Shown: piece after piece, positions 39,272 to 49,443 of the stretch
Position numbering within the stretch: position 1 is the first letter of the stretch
Layout of the letters: each line of letters begins with the position of its first letter
Position numbers and translations under genes: made by a program
The notes under the pieces: generated by a model
Database searches by the model: none
The model's input: only the letters and a program-made list of their open reading frames with translations
What the model was told of the DNA's origin: nothing
Virus record (IMG/VR): IMGVR_UViG_3300036851_000218
Span: 17,402 to 81,401 of that record
Direction: 5' to 3' (one strand)
Length of the DNA: 64,000 nt
Source of the DNA: a virus

Positions 39272-40678
39272 CTATACTAATGCGAACTTATGTTTCGGAA
39301 CTTTCGAGATAATGTCTGCGTAGGCTTGTTGACCACGCAAATCACCATATCTAAATTGATTGGTTACTGTACCTGTGAGTTGGTTGATGCTGGTTCTACC
39401 ATACATTTCCTGCTGGTAATAAATGAACCCGCGTTTTTCTTTACCGTCGTCCAAGAAACAACCACAATCAATAACGGGCAAATCCGCCGCAGTGCGAAAC
39501 ACAATGGCTCGGATAACCTGACTGACAGCTTTTTGTAGTCTCTCAGATAAATAATTAGGGTTGGTTTTATATTTGAAAGTTAGTTTAAAATCGTGGCAAT
39601 TATCGGGAGACAGGCAGCTACATTCACTTGGAACGAGTACCCCTTCATCGTCAAACTTGCCATCGATGCAAAAGCTGACTACGCCATTGGCGGCATCGAC
39701 AATCTTGGTTGTCACCTGATATGTGCCGCTGTCGCAGCAGCAATCAGAGCAATCTTCACAGACGCATGACTTGGTTAACAAACCTTTGGATTCTACTTCG
39801 GTCAAACAGCGAAATTCTATCGTCTCTAGTAACTTATAAAATTCTCCATTAACCAAATTAGTAGTGTTGTTGTAAAATGCAGGATTGACAAGGCTATAGC
39901 TGTAAAGCCAATAGCGGCGAAATCCGCTACCAAGTACCTCATACGGTTTGGCCTGTGGAATAATCTGGTTTGTGCCTGGGTAGACTGGGTATAATTCTCC
40001 ATCGTCACATTCATCCGTTTCTGGATCAATGTCCACGAACACATATTTTACATGCTGTACATTTACTTGATCGGCAATGTTGTAAGCAATGGTATCGTTA
40101 TCTAAGGTCACAATCCAATCAGAACCCGATTTGCGGGGTTTTACGGTGTCATCGATGGAGTATGTACCATTATCGCTATTACGTCGCAAAATGATATTGA
40201 GAGGATTGTCTACGAGGCTGTCTGGAATTGTTACTTCGGGTTTTCCAAGAACAATATTGACCGTTGCGTTTAAAAGGACGAATGGACTAATCGCCACTGC
40301 ATTTAAACCTGTCACCGTATTCCATTGCGGTTCGACATCCACCGCTTCTATCCCAGGCCATGTGCGCCGACGGGCATCAAAAGGGAAATCCATTTCACGG
40401 GTGTGGTAACGAGTCGATACGTTGTAGCCAAGAAAGTTCTCAGCTTCGTCGGTAACACTTCGTAACGTTGTCCAGAGAGCGTCACGAAGGCAGTGATTAA
40501 TTGTAAAGTCTGACCAGTCTTGTTCATTCGCTTCGCCCGTTAAGACCCCATACAGGCGACCAAAATAATTCGTGTTCGAAGAGAACCGACCATAGGTAAC
40601 GGGTAGCATATTTATAAGATTGTAAACTTCATCGTCTGTCATGTTGGGGTCAAAAACAGCGGGGTTTACGATACTCAT
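39272..40678 (-). CDS. Putative head-to-tail adaptor, Cys-rich
   Basis: Between head and tail genes; EAENFLGY motif and Cys clusters; start at the TAATG overlap. Confidence 0.5.
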   Translation of the reverse strand: MSIVNPAVFDPNMTDDEVYNLINMLPVTYGRFSSNTNYFGRLYGVLTGEANEQDWSDFTINHCLRDALWTTLRSVTDEAENFLGYNVSTRYHTREMDFPFDARRRTWPGIEAVDVEPQWNTVTGLNAVAISPFVLLNATVNIVLGKPEVTIPDSLVDNPLNIILRRNSDNGTYSIDDTVKPRKSGSDWIVTLDNDTIAYNIADQVNVQHVKYVFVDIDPETDECDDGELYPVYPGTNQIIPQAKPYEVLGSGFRRYWLYSYSLVNPAFYNNTTNLVNGEFYKLLETIEFRCLTEVESKGLLTKSCVCEDCSDCCCDSGTYQVTTKIVDAANGVVSFCIDGKFDDEGVLVPSECSCLSPDNCHDFKLTFKYKTNPNYLSERLQKAVSQVIRAIVFRTAADLPVIDCGCFLDDGKEKRGFIYYQQEMYGRTSINQLTGTVTNQFRYGDLRGQQAYADIISKVPKHKFALV

Positions 40679-40914
40679 TAACTGGCCTCTTTTACTGCCG
40701 TGACCGACGGTGACTTTTCTCCGAGAGGGGTAACAGTGACACCTTGCGAACGCCAATAATTAATATTTTCTACGGAGGCTAGAACAGGAACAATATGGGC
40801 GGGGTACGCTTTATTGTCCAGACCAAGTAAAGACTCGGAGCAATCAGAGCATGTCACCAGGATATGACTCAATGTTCCCGTAGTTCTCTTTTTCTTCTGA
40901 CCGCACTTGCACAT
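40678..40914 (-). CDS. Small Cys-rich protein
   Basis: MCKCGQKKK...CSDC. Confidence 0.55.
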   Translation of the reverse strand: MCKCGQKKKRTTGTLSHILVTCSDCSESLLGLDNKAYPAHIVPVLASVENINYWRSQGVTVTPLGEKSPSVTAVKEAS

Positions 40915-41296
40915 AGTCCACCACGATATTTAAAATAGCACTCACAGCAGTGATAGCGAAGTGAGTAACGAACAGATTGAAAAGTCCTTTAGTTTTACCT
41001 GTAACCAGCATATACGCTGTGAACGGTAAGGTTATCCAGAAAGATAAACAAGTCGGGCAAGACCACCGTTCCATTTTCCGTTCGTCAATGATCCACGTAT
41101 CATCGTGTATCGAGTAAGGGTTTAATGTAAATCTGCGTACCCAATCAAATAAGGTGACAGGTTGTACATGGCCTGTAGCTTCTCGGTAGGTTGATTTTTC
41201 AGTAGATGGGAACGGACCGTAATGGGACTCTTTTTCTTGATACAGGAGAATTTTCGTCAGATAAAATACAGCCAAGCAAACTTTTATAAGTAACAT
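40844..41296 (-). CDS. Membrane protein, DUF1360-like
   Basis: SCPTCLSFW motif with flanking TM helices. Confidence 0.55.
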   Translation of the reverse strand: MLLIKVCLAVFYLTKILLYQEKESHYGPFPSTEKSTYREATGHVQPVTLFDWVRRFTLNPYSIHDDTWIIDERKMERWSCPTCLSFWITLPFTAYMLVTGKTKGLFNLFVTHFAITAVSAILNIVVDYVQVRSEEKENYGNIESYPGDML

Positions 41297-41303
41297 GATT
41301 GAA

Positions 41304-41325
41304 GGGGCAAGATTGCTCCCGCCCC
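41304..41325 (-). terminator. Stem-loop after the PKD protein gene
   Basis: GGGGCGGGA-GCAA-TCTTGCCCC hairpin; weak U tract. Confidence 0.45.
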
Positions 41326-41335
41326 AACCTTTCTA

Positions 41336-41989
41336 TTACGCACCTGCAACCAGGGCAGTTTGGGTGTAGAAACGAACACCAGCGCGACCTACGATAATTT
41401 GAGTAATCGTGAAAGTAGCATTGGTATCATAGACATGAGCGCCTGGGACTTCTCCCACGCTGTACTCACCGTCACCCCAATCCCAAACCCAAGCCAGGAT
41501 GTCGCCAGTCGATGTATCCGTCACAACGATAGACGGGTCGCCAGCGATATTGACCGTGAAGCCACCTACCAGATCAATCGCGGCGGCGGGATCGTCGTCG
41601 TAATTAGTCTGTTGAGCGACAATGGGACGGATAACGCGCAGCAGATCGATGATAAACTGCCATTCGGTATCGGCGTAGGGCGGTCCTGCGTATGACTTAG
41701 CATACATAGCCGCAGCCAAAACCGCACCATACACGGGACGCATCTGAGCGTTCACACCGCGAACTGCGTGTTGCGATTCCAGGATTTTGGTAACAAGCTG
41801 AGTGTCAACCAGTTCATCGTAAGTCAGATAAACGGTTTCACTGAGCGCCGACGTAAACTCAATTTTGATATTGCTGTTGGGCGTAGGAAATGTTTCCACG
41901 TCCGAAACGCGGGTAAGCGGGCCGTAAGGCGCAACGACTGCTGCGGCTGCGGCATCCACTTGGGCGTTTGTTTTTGTTGCTAAGGCCAT
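41336..41989 (-). CDS. Virion decoration protein with PKD (Ig-like) domain
   Basis: TDTSTG...WVWDWGDG...HVY....FTITQ PKD signature. Confidence 0.7.
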   Translation of the reverse strand: MALATKTNAQVDAAAAAVVAPYGPLTRVSDVETFPTPNSNIKIEFTSALSETVYLTYDELVDTQLVTKILESQHAVRGVNAQMRPVYGAVLAAAMYAKSYAGPPYADTEWQFIIDLLRVIRPIVAQQTNYDDDPAAAIDLVGGFTVNIAGDPSIVVTDTSTGDILAWVWDWGDGEYSVGEVPGAHVYDTNATFTITQIIVGRAGVRFYTQTALVAGA

Positions 41990-42001
41990 TTATGTCTCTC
42001 C

Positions 42002-42619
42002 TTATTTTCCTTTAGGGGCGATAATTTCATCTACGAGTTCTTTATCGCGTGGGGGTCGTCCAGGCTTATTTTTGGGCGACTCCGTCTCTTTCTCTACTGG
42101 CTTATCAGAGTTGTCTTCGGCTGGCTCAGCTACAAGTTGTGGTTTAGATTTAGCGTCAGCTACATCTGCATCCGAAACCGGAATGTAAGACACCGCAAGA
42201 TCGGCGGAAGCGCGTTTAGCTTCTAAAGCAGCTTCCAACTCAGAGATCGACATTTCAGCCACAACTGCTTCTTTGCTTGGCTGTCCTGCCAATGCTAGGG
42301 CTTGTTCTAAGGTCATCCGTGCGGACACAGATTTAGCCCGTCCTTGTTCTGCCAACTTGCGTACCTGAGCGCCAATCTGAGCGTCCAGAGTGAATGTCTC
42401 AAAGAAACCTTCATTCCGGCGGTACACACGGGACTTGTCGATGATAGCTTTAGCGTCGTGTTCATTGACCATCATAACGCCACCGATTTTCAAGTGACCT
42501 TTTTCATCACGCTCCGGCTGATAAATCCGGCTTTTGACATTGAAAGTCAATGATTTTGTTGGGTGATAATGGATACCAATAAAGTACAACGGTATCATCC
42601 GTTCTGTTTTTTCTGCCAT
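42002..42619 (-). CDS. Hypothetical protein
   Basis: AAGGAG RBS; C-terminal KPGRPP low-complexity tail. Confidence 0.65.
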   Translation of the reverse strand: MAEKTERMIPLYFIGIHYHPTKSLTFNVKSRIYQPERDEKGHLKIGGVMMVNEHDAKAIIDKSRVYRRNEGFFETFTLDAQIGAQVRKLAEQGRAKSVSARMTLEQALALAGQPSKEAVVAEMSISELEAALEAKRASADLAVSYIPVSDADVADAKSKPQLVAEPAEDNSDKPVEKETESPKNKPGRPPRDKELVDEIIAPKGK

Positions 42620-42677
42620 TGAATAACTTACTCCTTTAAGTATATGTTATGCCAGATTTCATATGTCTAGCATAACA

Positions 42678-42706
42678 TATTATACACTATATTCTATCTT
42701 TTGTAA
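42678..42706 (-). promoter_or_regulatory. Sigma70-type promoter adjoining an inverted repeat (42642-42680)
   Basis: TTTACA-17-TATAAT; ATATGTTATGC...GCATAACATAT stem. Confidence 0.55.
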
Positions 42707-42716
42707 ATAGCGAGTA

Positions 42717-44141
42717 TTACAGCGGCGTTAGCAGCGGTGTACCGCTACCACCCTGAATACCGTCATAAGCGTAGAAATCTGGCGACCAGAAGTTCGCGCC
42801 TTCATTTTCCGCCGACAGCAGGGTAGCTACTGCAACGTTGTTGATACGAGCCTGGAACGGCTGTGCGTAGGAGGCCAAGCGACCACGCGCCTCAGCATAG
42901 TATTGGAAGCACTTGTTGTTTTCCATCAGCCAGCCAGCACGGACGAGGCCACCATTGACGGTGAACACATCTTCTGTACCGTTGGTTGGGTAATCCAGAG
43001 CGCCCCAATTGACGTACTGTTGTTCCAGCAGGGTGATGCCATTAGCACGGCGGGTCAGGATAAAGATGTCACCGGCTACGCCGCCAGCTTCTTCGTCCGT
43101 ACCTGGGTTGATGGTGGCATTGTTGCCCATATTTTCGTCAGGGACAACCGCAATCGGCGTACCGTCAACGTCAATGAAGCCGTATCCGATTCCACCTTGC
43201 ATAATCCGGCTGCGTTCCGCCAAGAAATCACGGTAGGTCATCTGACCAGCGAAGTTGTTGGTCACAAAGCCGACGTTCCCGCCCGAAGCGTGAGCATCAG
43301 CAATGTAGCTCCACATACCCGCAGGCATAACCACAACCATGTCGTTCTGAGCAACGCCCCAACGACGAGCCTGCAAACGAGCGCGCAGTTTACGAACCAC
43401 TGCACGGATCAATGTCAGGATAGCCACCGGATCAGTAACACCAGCACCATTCACAACCAGCGGGTTAGCCCAATGTGGAACGCCAGGACCGACCAAGTGA
43501 GACTGAACATATCCTGGGGCAATAACGGTATCCAGACCGTCGTACTCCATAACAGAGTTTGAACGATCACCGTTAACAATCAGGTAGTTCATGTGCTGCT
43601 GCATAACCATCAACGCACGGGCAACAGCCCAATCTGCGTCATTGTCGAGAACTGCGCCCAAGCTGTTACCGCGAACGGTGTAGATGGGTGAATTCTCATA
43701 GTCGCGCATTCCGAAGTCATCAACATGGAGTTTCGGGCTGGTAAAGCTCCACTGGCCTTCCTCGGTCTGGTATTCGAAACCTGACCAAACAGCCGAAGGA
43801 CCGTAACCGCATTCCGAAATGTCGATGGTGCGCAGGTATTCCGCATAGGTGTCTGAACCGTCAAACCCTTCGGGAGCAACCCATTCCAGGTGGGCTACCG
43901 TCGGGAAACGGAAATCAACAGCACGGGTGGGAATCCACTGCAACAGGGGTGAGCCTGTATCGACTGCCATGCTGATAATATCATCAGCGATAAGCGAAAA
44001 CGGGCCGTTCTGATACAGAAGGCCGGATGTTGGGTGATCTCCTTGCAGGGTATCTTTAGCGTGAAATGCAAGTTTAGCCTTGATTTCGTCTACCGACACA
44101 CCAGCTTTATCAGCCAACATTTTTAAATACTGTTCATTCAT
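42717..44141 (-). CDS. Major capsid protein
   Basis: 474 aa directly after the protease/scaffold gene; IVNGD...EYDGL and VDGTPIAVVPD motifs consistent with the HK97 fold. Confidence 0.8.
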   Translation of the reverse strand: MNEQYLKMLADKAGVSVDEIKAKLAFHAKDTLQGDHPTSGLLYQNGPFSLIADDIISMAVDTGSPLLQWIPTRAVDFRFPTVAHLEWVAPEGFDGSDTYAEYLRTIDISECGYGPSAVWSGFEYQTEEGQWSFTSPKLHVDDFGMRDYENSPIYTVRGNSLGAVLDNDADWAVARALMVMQQHMNYLIVNGDRSNSVMEYDGLDTVIAPGYVQSHLVGPGVPHWANPLVVNGAGVTDPVAILTLIRAVVRKLRARLQARRWGVAQNDMVVVMPAGMWSYIADAHASGGNVGFVTNNFAGQMTYRDFLAERSRIMQGGIGYGFIDVDGTPIAVVPDENMGNNATINPGTDEEAGGVAGDIFILTRRANGITLLEQQYVNWGALDYPTNGTEDVFTVNGGLVRAGWLMENNKCFQYYAEARGRLASYAQPFQARINNVAVATLLSAENEGANFWSPDFYAYDGIQGGSGTPLLTPL

Positions 44142-44147
44142 TTTTAA

Positions 44148-45131
44148 TTAGCTCCTTTTCCCTGGTGCATGTGCAGGGACACCACTTTTAGTTCTGCGGA
44201 TATTCCGTGCATCTTCTTCCGCGTCACGCTCTTCCTCAGTCTGACGGGCAAGGTCGTCGGCAATAACTTGGGCTTCGATTTTCAGCTTAGCCGCTACGTG
44301 GGTTGAAAATGATTTCAAACCGTTATTGACATTGGCAATACCAGTAGCCAATACACGATGTTCCTCCACCGATTTAGCCTGATTGTCTGTAACCAGCGCA
44401 GTCAGGGTAGCAACTTCGGCTTTCAAGGCTTTCACCAAGTCCAAAACTGCTTTGATTTCACCGGACAGACCTTCGCTAACCAACTCTTCCTGGTCAGCTT
44501 CACCTTCATTGAACAGTTCATCGATGTCACCTGAATTGTCAGCACCGATCAGTTCTTCCAGTGACGGAAGTTCTTCTTCGGTGTTTTCCTGATTTTCACC
44601 CAGGTCTTCATCTTCGAGTTTAAAGTTCTTCATAACTTCTGCTACCGCCTTTGGGTTAGCGGGAGTAGTCGTCAACGAGATTTCCGCTGGCATCCATTGT
44701 TTAATGAGGCCAGTTGCTCCGTCGATTTCTACTGCCGTTTGAACAGGTTGCGAACTTGCACCTAGCAGATTTTTCTCTGCCAACGCTGCCAACATATCGT
44801 GGTAGCGATAGGCGCGGCGCACTTCAATATCCCACAACTGACCATCATCCGTATCCTGGTAGAATTTAGCATAGCCTAACAGTTTCTTTCCTACCCGATC
44901 ATTCAGAGCATGGTCGTAGAAAGCGTAAATTGTGTCAACCACAACTTCACCGTTTTCATTCTTACCATAGTCAGTCGCAGACTTATCAAAGCGTTCACCT
45001 TGCAAGTCCACACCCCCTAAGTAATCCGGCCCACCATAAGGAATGCCTACGACACGAAACGTTGTAGCGTCATCGGTCTGTTTGACAATCTTGGCATTGG
45101 GCGTAAAGATTCTAGGAAGTGTTTCTTTCAT
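44148..45131 (-). CDS. Prohead maturation protease fused to a scaffold-like region
   Basis: DLQGERF, FYDH, LGASS, EISLTTTPANP; acidic and coiled-coil C-terminal half. Confidence 0.85.
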   Translation of the reverse strand: MKETLPRIFTPNAKIVKQTDDATTFRVVGIPYGGPDYLGGVDLQGERFDKSATDYGKNENGEVVVDTIYAFYDHALNDRVGKKLLGYAKFYQDTDDGQLWDIEVRRAYRYHDMLAALAEKNLLGASSQPVQTAVEIDGATGLIKQWMPAEISLTTTPANPKAVAEVMKNFKLEDEDLGENQENTEEELPSLEELIGADNSGDIDELFNEGEADQEELVSEGLSGEIKAVLDLVKALKAEVATLTALVTDNQAKSVEEHRVLATGIANVNNGLKSFSTHVAAKLKIEAQVIADDLARQTEEERDAEEDARNIRRTKSGVPAHAPGKRS

Positions 45132-45178
45132 TTACCGATCCTTTCTTAATTTGAACTATTAACAAGCCCCGTAGCTTG

Positions 45179-46963
45179 TTACACAGGAGTGAGTTTATCT
45201 GCCATGAAATCGCAAATTGTCTGCTCGTCAAGGGTTAGCGGCTGATCGGATACGACCTTATTTAGTGCCGTTTCTATTTGGTCAGGGGTATACAACGGCA
45301 TTTCCCCACTGTATTGTGCGATCAGTTCTCTTTTGAAACCAAAAAAGTTTTTTAGGGTATTACGATTATTCAGTTGTACTTGAGCATTTGCGGCTTCGTA
45401 GGCATCTTCATCACTGACTTGGGGTTCATCTTCGACCTCCATCTTAGATAATTTTTCATTTAGAATAGCTTTATAGGTGGTAAAGACTTTAAATCGGCGT
45501 TCCCGTATGTTTCCATGACTATCGACTGATACTTCATCGTAATCTGGTACGGGTTCGGAATATGCGGATTTCGATGGCGATTCTTGCGGGGGCTGAGAAC
45601 CGTTCTCTATTTCCTCACCTTCCTTGGGGACAGGGAATACAGCTAGGCTTTCTGCACTAGCCATATCCGAAGTGCCTGTACCTGTGGCAATCAATTCCAG
45701 GTCATTTGGTAGCACATGGATCGACTGCATCCAGGACAGGAGGGCTTCTAAACTCAATCCGGCTTGAAATACGGTGGCGACTTTTTCGAGCGCCTCGGTT
45801 GTCAACTTGAGGACTTGGGCGTTGGCAACCATACTGCTGGTATCGACTTCTTCAATAAAATTGAATTGAAGTCGGCTGCGTCCACTGGAAAACGGTTTGA
45901 GGATGCCGGATTGGTTAATTTGCCGTTCTTCACTGCGGACGTATGAGGATGGCCCTTTTTGCAACTGTCGCTGTTCCTGAATTTCTTCAAGGGCGCGGTT
46001 CGTTGTTCTTTCGGAGTTCCAGAAATGCCGGAGAGATAACCCCAACGCGGCTGAAATCTGGTTCACATAATCGAACACAAATTCTTCGCGTTCAAAGCCT
46101 TCCGGTATTTTAGAAAGTCCGAGCGTTGTGATTTGATCTTCAACGCTAGTGCCAGTCAGGTTGTTCATTTCTACAATCGGGATACCGACTTTTGAGGGGT
46201 CTTCTCCTGAGTGGAGAGCAATTTGGGTCAGCACAGCCTCTTCAATCGAGGCGGCTAAGTCGGAACTTCCAACGATGATAATATCGCGGATACGTCTGCC
46301 ATCAGTAGATGCCATATCGTGTTCGCGGATTAACCAAGCAAGGTTGGCGGTTGGCATAACGTAGGCTATCGGGGAAATAAATAAGCCTGAACCACCGAGG
46401 GGCAGAGTGTGGTTTAAATACACATCTCCCGCCCTGAACTTACGCATGTCACCCGTATACGTCCAAACCTTATCCGTCGGACGAACTTCACCATTACGCT
46501 CTGGACGGGTGAATTGCAACATAGTGGGGTCAAGATATTCCAGGAAACCATTCGGTTCAGCCTTGGTTTTACCCGTTACTGTGAATGATGTTCTACCCAC
46601 TACTGTGAAGTCTAAAGAACGTCGTTTGAGGAATTCTTCAAATCCGTACTGTGGCAATCCGGTAGTTACATCAACTACTTTAGCGCGGTTTAACCAGTCA
46701 ACTGCCCGTTTAGCGGGTAAAGGTTTACCAACTATCTGCCACTCACGACCTGAACTTAATTGTTGAAATATTTGAATAGCCCCAGGCAGAATGGGCATTT
46801 TCCAAATCTGAACATCACGAAGATTTTGCGCGTAGGCTAACATCTGAGATGGAGCAATACGGCGAGGACCACCAGGCCATATTATAGACTTTCCCATGAT
46901 GTCCATACTTTTACGTAAGGCGACAGATTTTATGTTGTCGTCACCAAGTAATTTACTGTGCAT
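45179..46963 (-). CDS. Portal protein
   Basis: 594 aa upstream of the protease; LEYLDP, ISPI, QISAALGL motifs. Confidence 0.75.
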   Translation of the reverse strand: MHSKLLGDDNIKSVALRKSMDIMGKSIIWPGGPRRIAPSQMLAYAQNLRDVQIWKMPILPGAIQIFQQLSSGREWQIVGKPLPAKRAVDWLNRAKVVDVTTGLPQYGFEEFLKRRSLDFTVVGRTSFTVTGKTKAEPNGFLEYLDPTMLQFTRPERNGEVRPTDKVWTYTGDMRKFRAGDVYLNHTLPLGGSGLFISPIAYVMPTANLAWLIREHDMASTDGRRIRDIIIVGSSDLAASIEEAVLTQIALHSGEDPSKVGIPIVEMNNLTGTSVEDQITTLGLSKIPEGFEREEFVFDYVNQISAALGLSLRHFWNSERTTNRALEEIQEQRQLQKGPSSYVRSEERQINQSGILKPFSSGRSRLQFNFIEEVDTSSMVANAQVLKLTTEALEKVATVFQAGLSLEALLSWMQSIHVLPNDLELIATGTGTSDMASAESLAVFPVPKEGEEIENGSQPPQESPSKSAYSEPVPDYDEVSVDSHGNIRERRFKVFTTYKAILNEKLSKMEVEDEPQVSDEDAYEAANAQVQLNNRNTLKNFFGFKRELIAQYSGEMPLYTPDQIETALNKVVSDQPLTLDEQTICDFMADKLTPV

Positions 46964-48320
46964 TTGTAATCCAGTCCGCTAAATGACGAATTAAATCCGA
47001 TAGCCAATAAAGAGTAGCAGCTACCGCTTCTCTGGCAGTCACGGGGATATGAGGCGGCGGAACGGGGTAAGTAAACTCAGACGTTGGGGGCGGGTCAAAT
47101 CCGATAACATCCCGACGAGAATAACCGAATATGCTTGTACCGGAAGCAGATTTTATCGGATACCAATCGCCAAACTCATCGTCATCGATGTAGAGAACCG
47201 GCTGACCGTCTCGAACTGCCCCGACAACACTAGATGTGATGCTTCGGGATGCCCGAACATGTACCGCAGCATTGGATCGAACAATACCTTTCAGCCAACG
47301 AGGATCACGGGGATCAGGGTAGACCTCTGGTACGGGATCGGGTGGGGGTGGTGGATTAGTAGGGGCGCTTGTCGATTCCAACCGCTTGTGAAGTCCGAAG
47401 GCTTTGGACAGATCAAATGCAGGCCAATTGTCATCGTCGCTCCATGCGAAGAAGAGTAAGGCTTCAACATCGGTATACAGAACTGTTTCAGCCCATTTCG
47501 CTTGGAAATATAAAGCATCTTGTGCATCCTCCCATTGTGGAAACCAGCGCAGCCATTGATTGACTAAAGTACGCCACCCATTAATAGACACATACGGATG
47601 CGTTTTGACCAGATTGTTGAGCCAATTACCGATGTCACCCAGGAAATCAAAACCCCACTCTGTTATAATAATACGTGGCTTGGGGATGTTGTTTTTACTG
47701 CAATAATCCAATACAAACTTATATCGCCCCATATGGAAGCGAGTTATATTGGATGCGTTCATAGGCCAGTTTTCAACAGGAATGAAATTGGGCTTAACTT
47801 TGTCAATAACCTGATCGGGTGTCCCACCGATTAAGCCGCTGGTAATAACTCCACCTGCATATTCATGTAGACCAATAACAAACAAGTTTCGGTACAATGC
47901 AGCCAGTTCGAAAATACGTTTACAGCGGAACAGTTGTTCGGGAGAGGGATACCCGACACTAAAATTCAAAACTACTAGGTGAACATTGCGGTTAACGCAT
48001 AACTCCATTAACTCAACATGCCACTTAACAAGTTCATCACTTAGCCCAGGTTCATTTGACGTATACAGATAAACGCCGTTAGCAGCTAAGTGCTGACGTT
48101 TATCAAGCCACTGAGTGGGAGTTTCTTTTAGCCAAATCTCTTCATCGGGGTAGTCACGAACAATCACAACACATCTAGGGAAACGCGCTTTAAATTGTTG
48201 CGCTATTTCACCTTGAAAGCTGTAAAACAACATAGCCGACGGATTGAGTCGGCTTGAATGGTCAAATAATGTATTTTTATCTCTGGTGGAAAGGACGTTG
48301 TAACCGATTTTACTTTGCAT
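46953..48320 (-). CDS. Endolysin-like clan GH-A glycoside hydrolase + Pro linker + SH3b domain
   Basis: SNEP acid/base, GLHEY, IIITEWG nucleophile; PPPPPDP linker; VHVR..S....VVG...W...GY SH3b pattern. Confidence 0.7.
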   Translation of the reverse strand: MQSKIGYNVLSTRDKNTLFDHSSRLNPSAMLFYSFQGEIAQQFKARFPRCVVIVRDYPDEEIWLKETPTQWLDKRQHLAANGVYLYTSNEPGLSDELVKWHVELMELCVNRNVHLVVLNFSVGYPSPEQLFRCKRIFELAALYRNLFVIGLHEYAGGVITSGLIGGTPDQVIDKVKPNFIPVENWPMNASNITRFHMGRYKFVLDYCSKNNIPKPRIIITEWGFDFLGDIGNWLNNLVKTHPYVSINGWRTLVNQWLRWFPQWEDAQDALYFQAKWAETVLYTDVEALLFFAWSDDDNWPAFDLSKAFGLHKRLESTSAPTNPPPPPDPVPEVYPDPRDPRWLKGIVRSNAAVHVRASRSITSSVVGAVRDGQPVLYIDDDEFGDWYPIKSASGTSIFGYSRRDVIGFDPPPTSEFTYPVPPPHIPVTAREAVAATLYWLSDLIRHLADWITNAQ

Positions 48321-48630
48321 TCACAGGCTCGGTAATAGTAAACATTTGCTCAAAGGGGATTAATAAAGACACCCAACCATGACAACCTCTTTCGGTTGTA
48401 GATTGTATCCACACCCATTCGTATTTACGCATTAGATCGTAGGTACGGGTTTGTGGATAAAGCCAAACCTCTTCACCTTCATCCACCTTAAATACAATAT
48501 CATAACCAACCCCGCGACCATAGCGAACATTGGATTGTCCCCGCGCAGGGTGGATAACTGCCCGAACCGGATTAGCACGTAAGCCATGATCGGGCGGATA
48601 GAATACGGGTGAATTAGCTTGTAGACTCAA
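48310..48630 (-). CDS. Stand-alone SH3b-like protein
   Basis: NVRYGRGVGYDIV...YEWVWI...GWVS. Confidence 0.7.
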   Translation of the reverse strand: MSLQANSPVFYPPDHGLRANPVRAVIHPARGQSNVRYGRGVGYDIVFKVDEGEEVWLYPQTRTYDLMRKYEWVWIQSTTERGCHGWVSLLIPFEQMFTITEPVNAK

Positions 48631-49423
48631 CTTTGGACATCTCCGATGTACTTGTTTTGTTTAGTATGAAATCACCGACATCACGAAAGGTAACAATCAC
48701 GCGGGTAACTTTGTGATTCTCCAAACTGACGACAGGTTCAGCGTCGATAAGCAACCAGATTACCGCAGAGTCAGCCGTTCGCTTCACGCCCAACAAATTT
48801 TGTCGGGAGGGCATTGCGGTCTGTAGTGCAAATACGGTGGGGATTTCACCTGGGGGTACAGCAGAGCCATCAGAAAACATAAACCAACCAATTCGGTCAG
48901 CCAATGTCGAATTTATAATATCTTCGGCCTTAGCCCCCAATATAGCCAGCGCGTCTTTATTACAGGACGTAATTCGACCTTCGGGGTTGATAACCAGAAC
49001 ACCTTTTCGCAAAGATGCCAGATCACGGGAATTCAGAGCATCGATAATAGCGGTCTGCGTATTTGTCAATTGACCGGAGATAGCCGTTACCTGCTGACCA
49101 AGTGCCGCCGTCAACGACGTTGCCAAATTATTAAAATCTGCACCAAAGCGTTCGAACAGCGTATTTTGACTTTCATTAGAAGCTGTAACCGATTCGGCTG
49201 TGACCTTCATAGCGTCGGTGGCTTCTGCCATCTTGTCACCCAACGATATGGCTTTGGATGTCAGTTCAAAAGACTTTTCATCTTTATCCATCGTTCGATC
49301 AAGGAACTTGCTAAAAGAACGAAGCCCCTGCCAAAACAGGAAACAGATGAACAAACATACCACACCAATACCGATTTTATCGCCGTTTGCGATAATAGCT
49401 TCTACGATCTTCGTTAAATCCAT
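48614..49423 (-). CDS. Holin-like single-TM protein with coiled coil and C-terminal PAS domain
   Basis: TM helix at ~aa 17-34, helical linker, PAS signature GVLVINPEGRITSCN..A..ILG...EDII...IWLLIDAEPV...VIVTFRDV. Confidence 0.75.
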   Translation of the reverse strand: MDLTKIVEAIIANGDKIGIGVVCLFICFLFWQGLRSFSKFLDRTMDKDEKSFELTSKAISLGDKMAEATDAMKVTAESVTASNESQNTLFERFGADFNNLATSLTAALGQQVTAISGQLTNTQTAIIDALNSRDLASLRKGVLVINPEGRITSCNKDALAILGAKAEDIINSTLADRIGWFMFSDGSAVPPGEIPTVFALQTAMPSRQNLLGVKRTADSAVIWLLIDAEPVVSLENHKVTRVIVTFRDVGDFILNKTSTSEMSKVESTS

Positions 49424-49443
49424 GTGTTCTTATCTCCTATGGT

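Noticed and set aside
42903-43562. 219-aa + strand ORF opposite the major capsid gene
   Set aside because: Antisense shadow.
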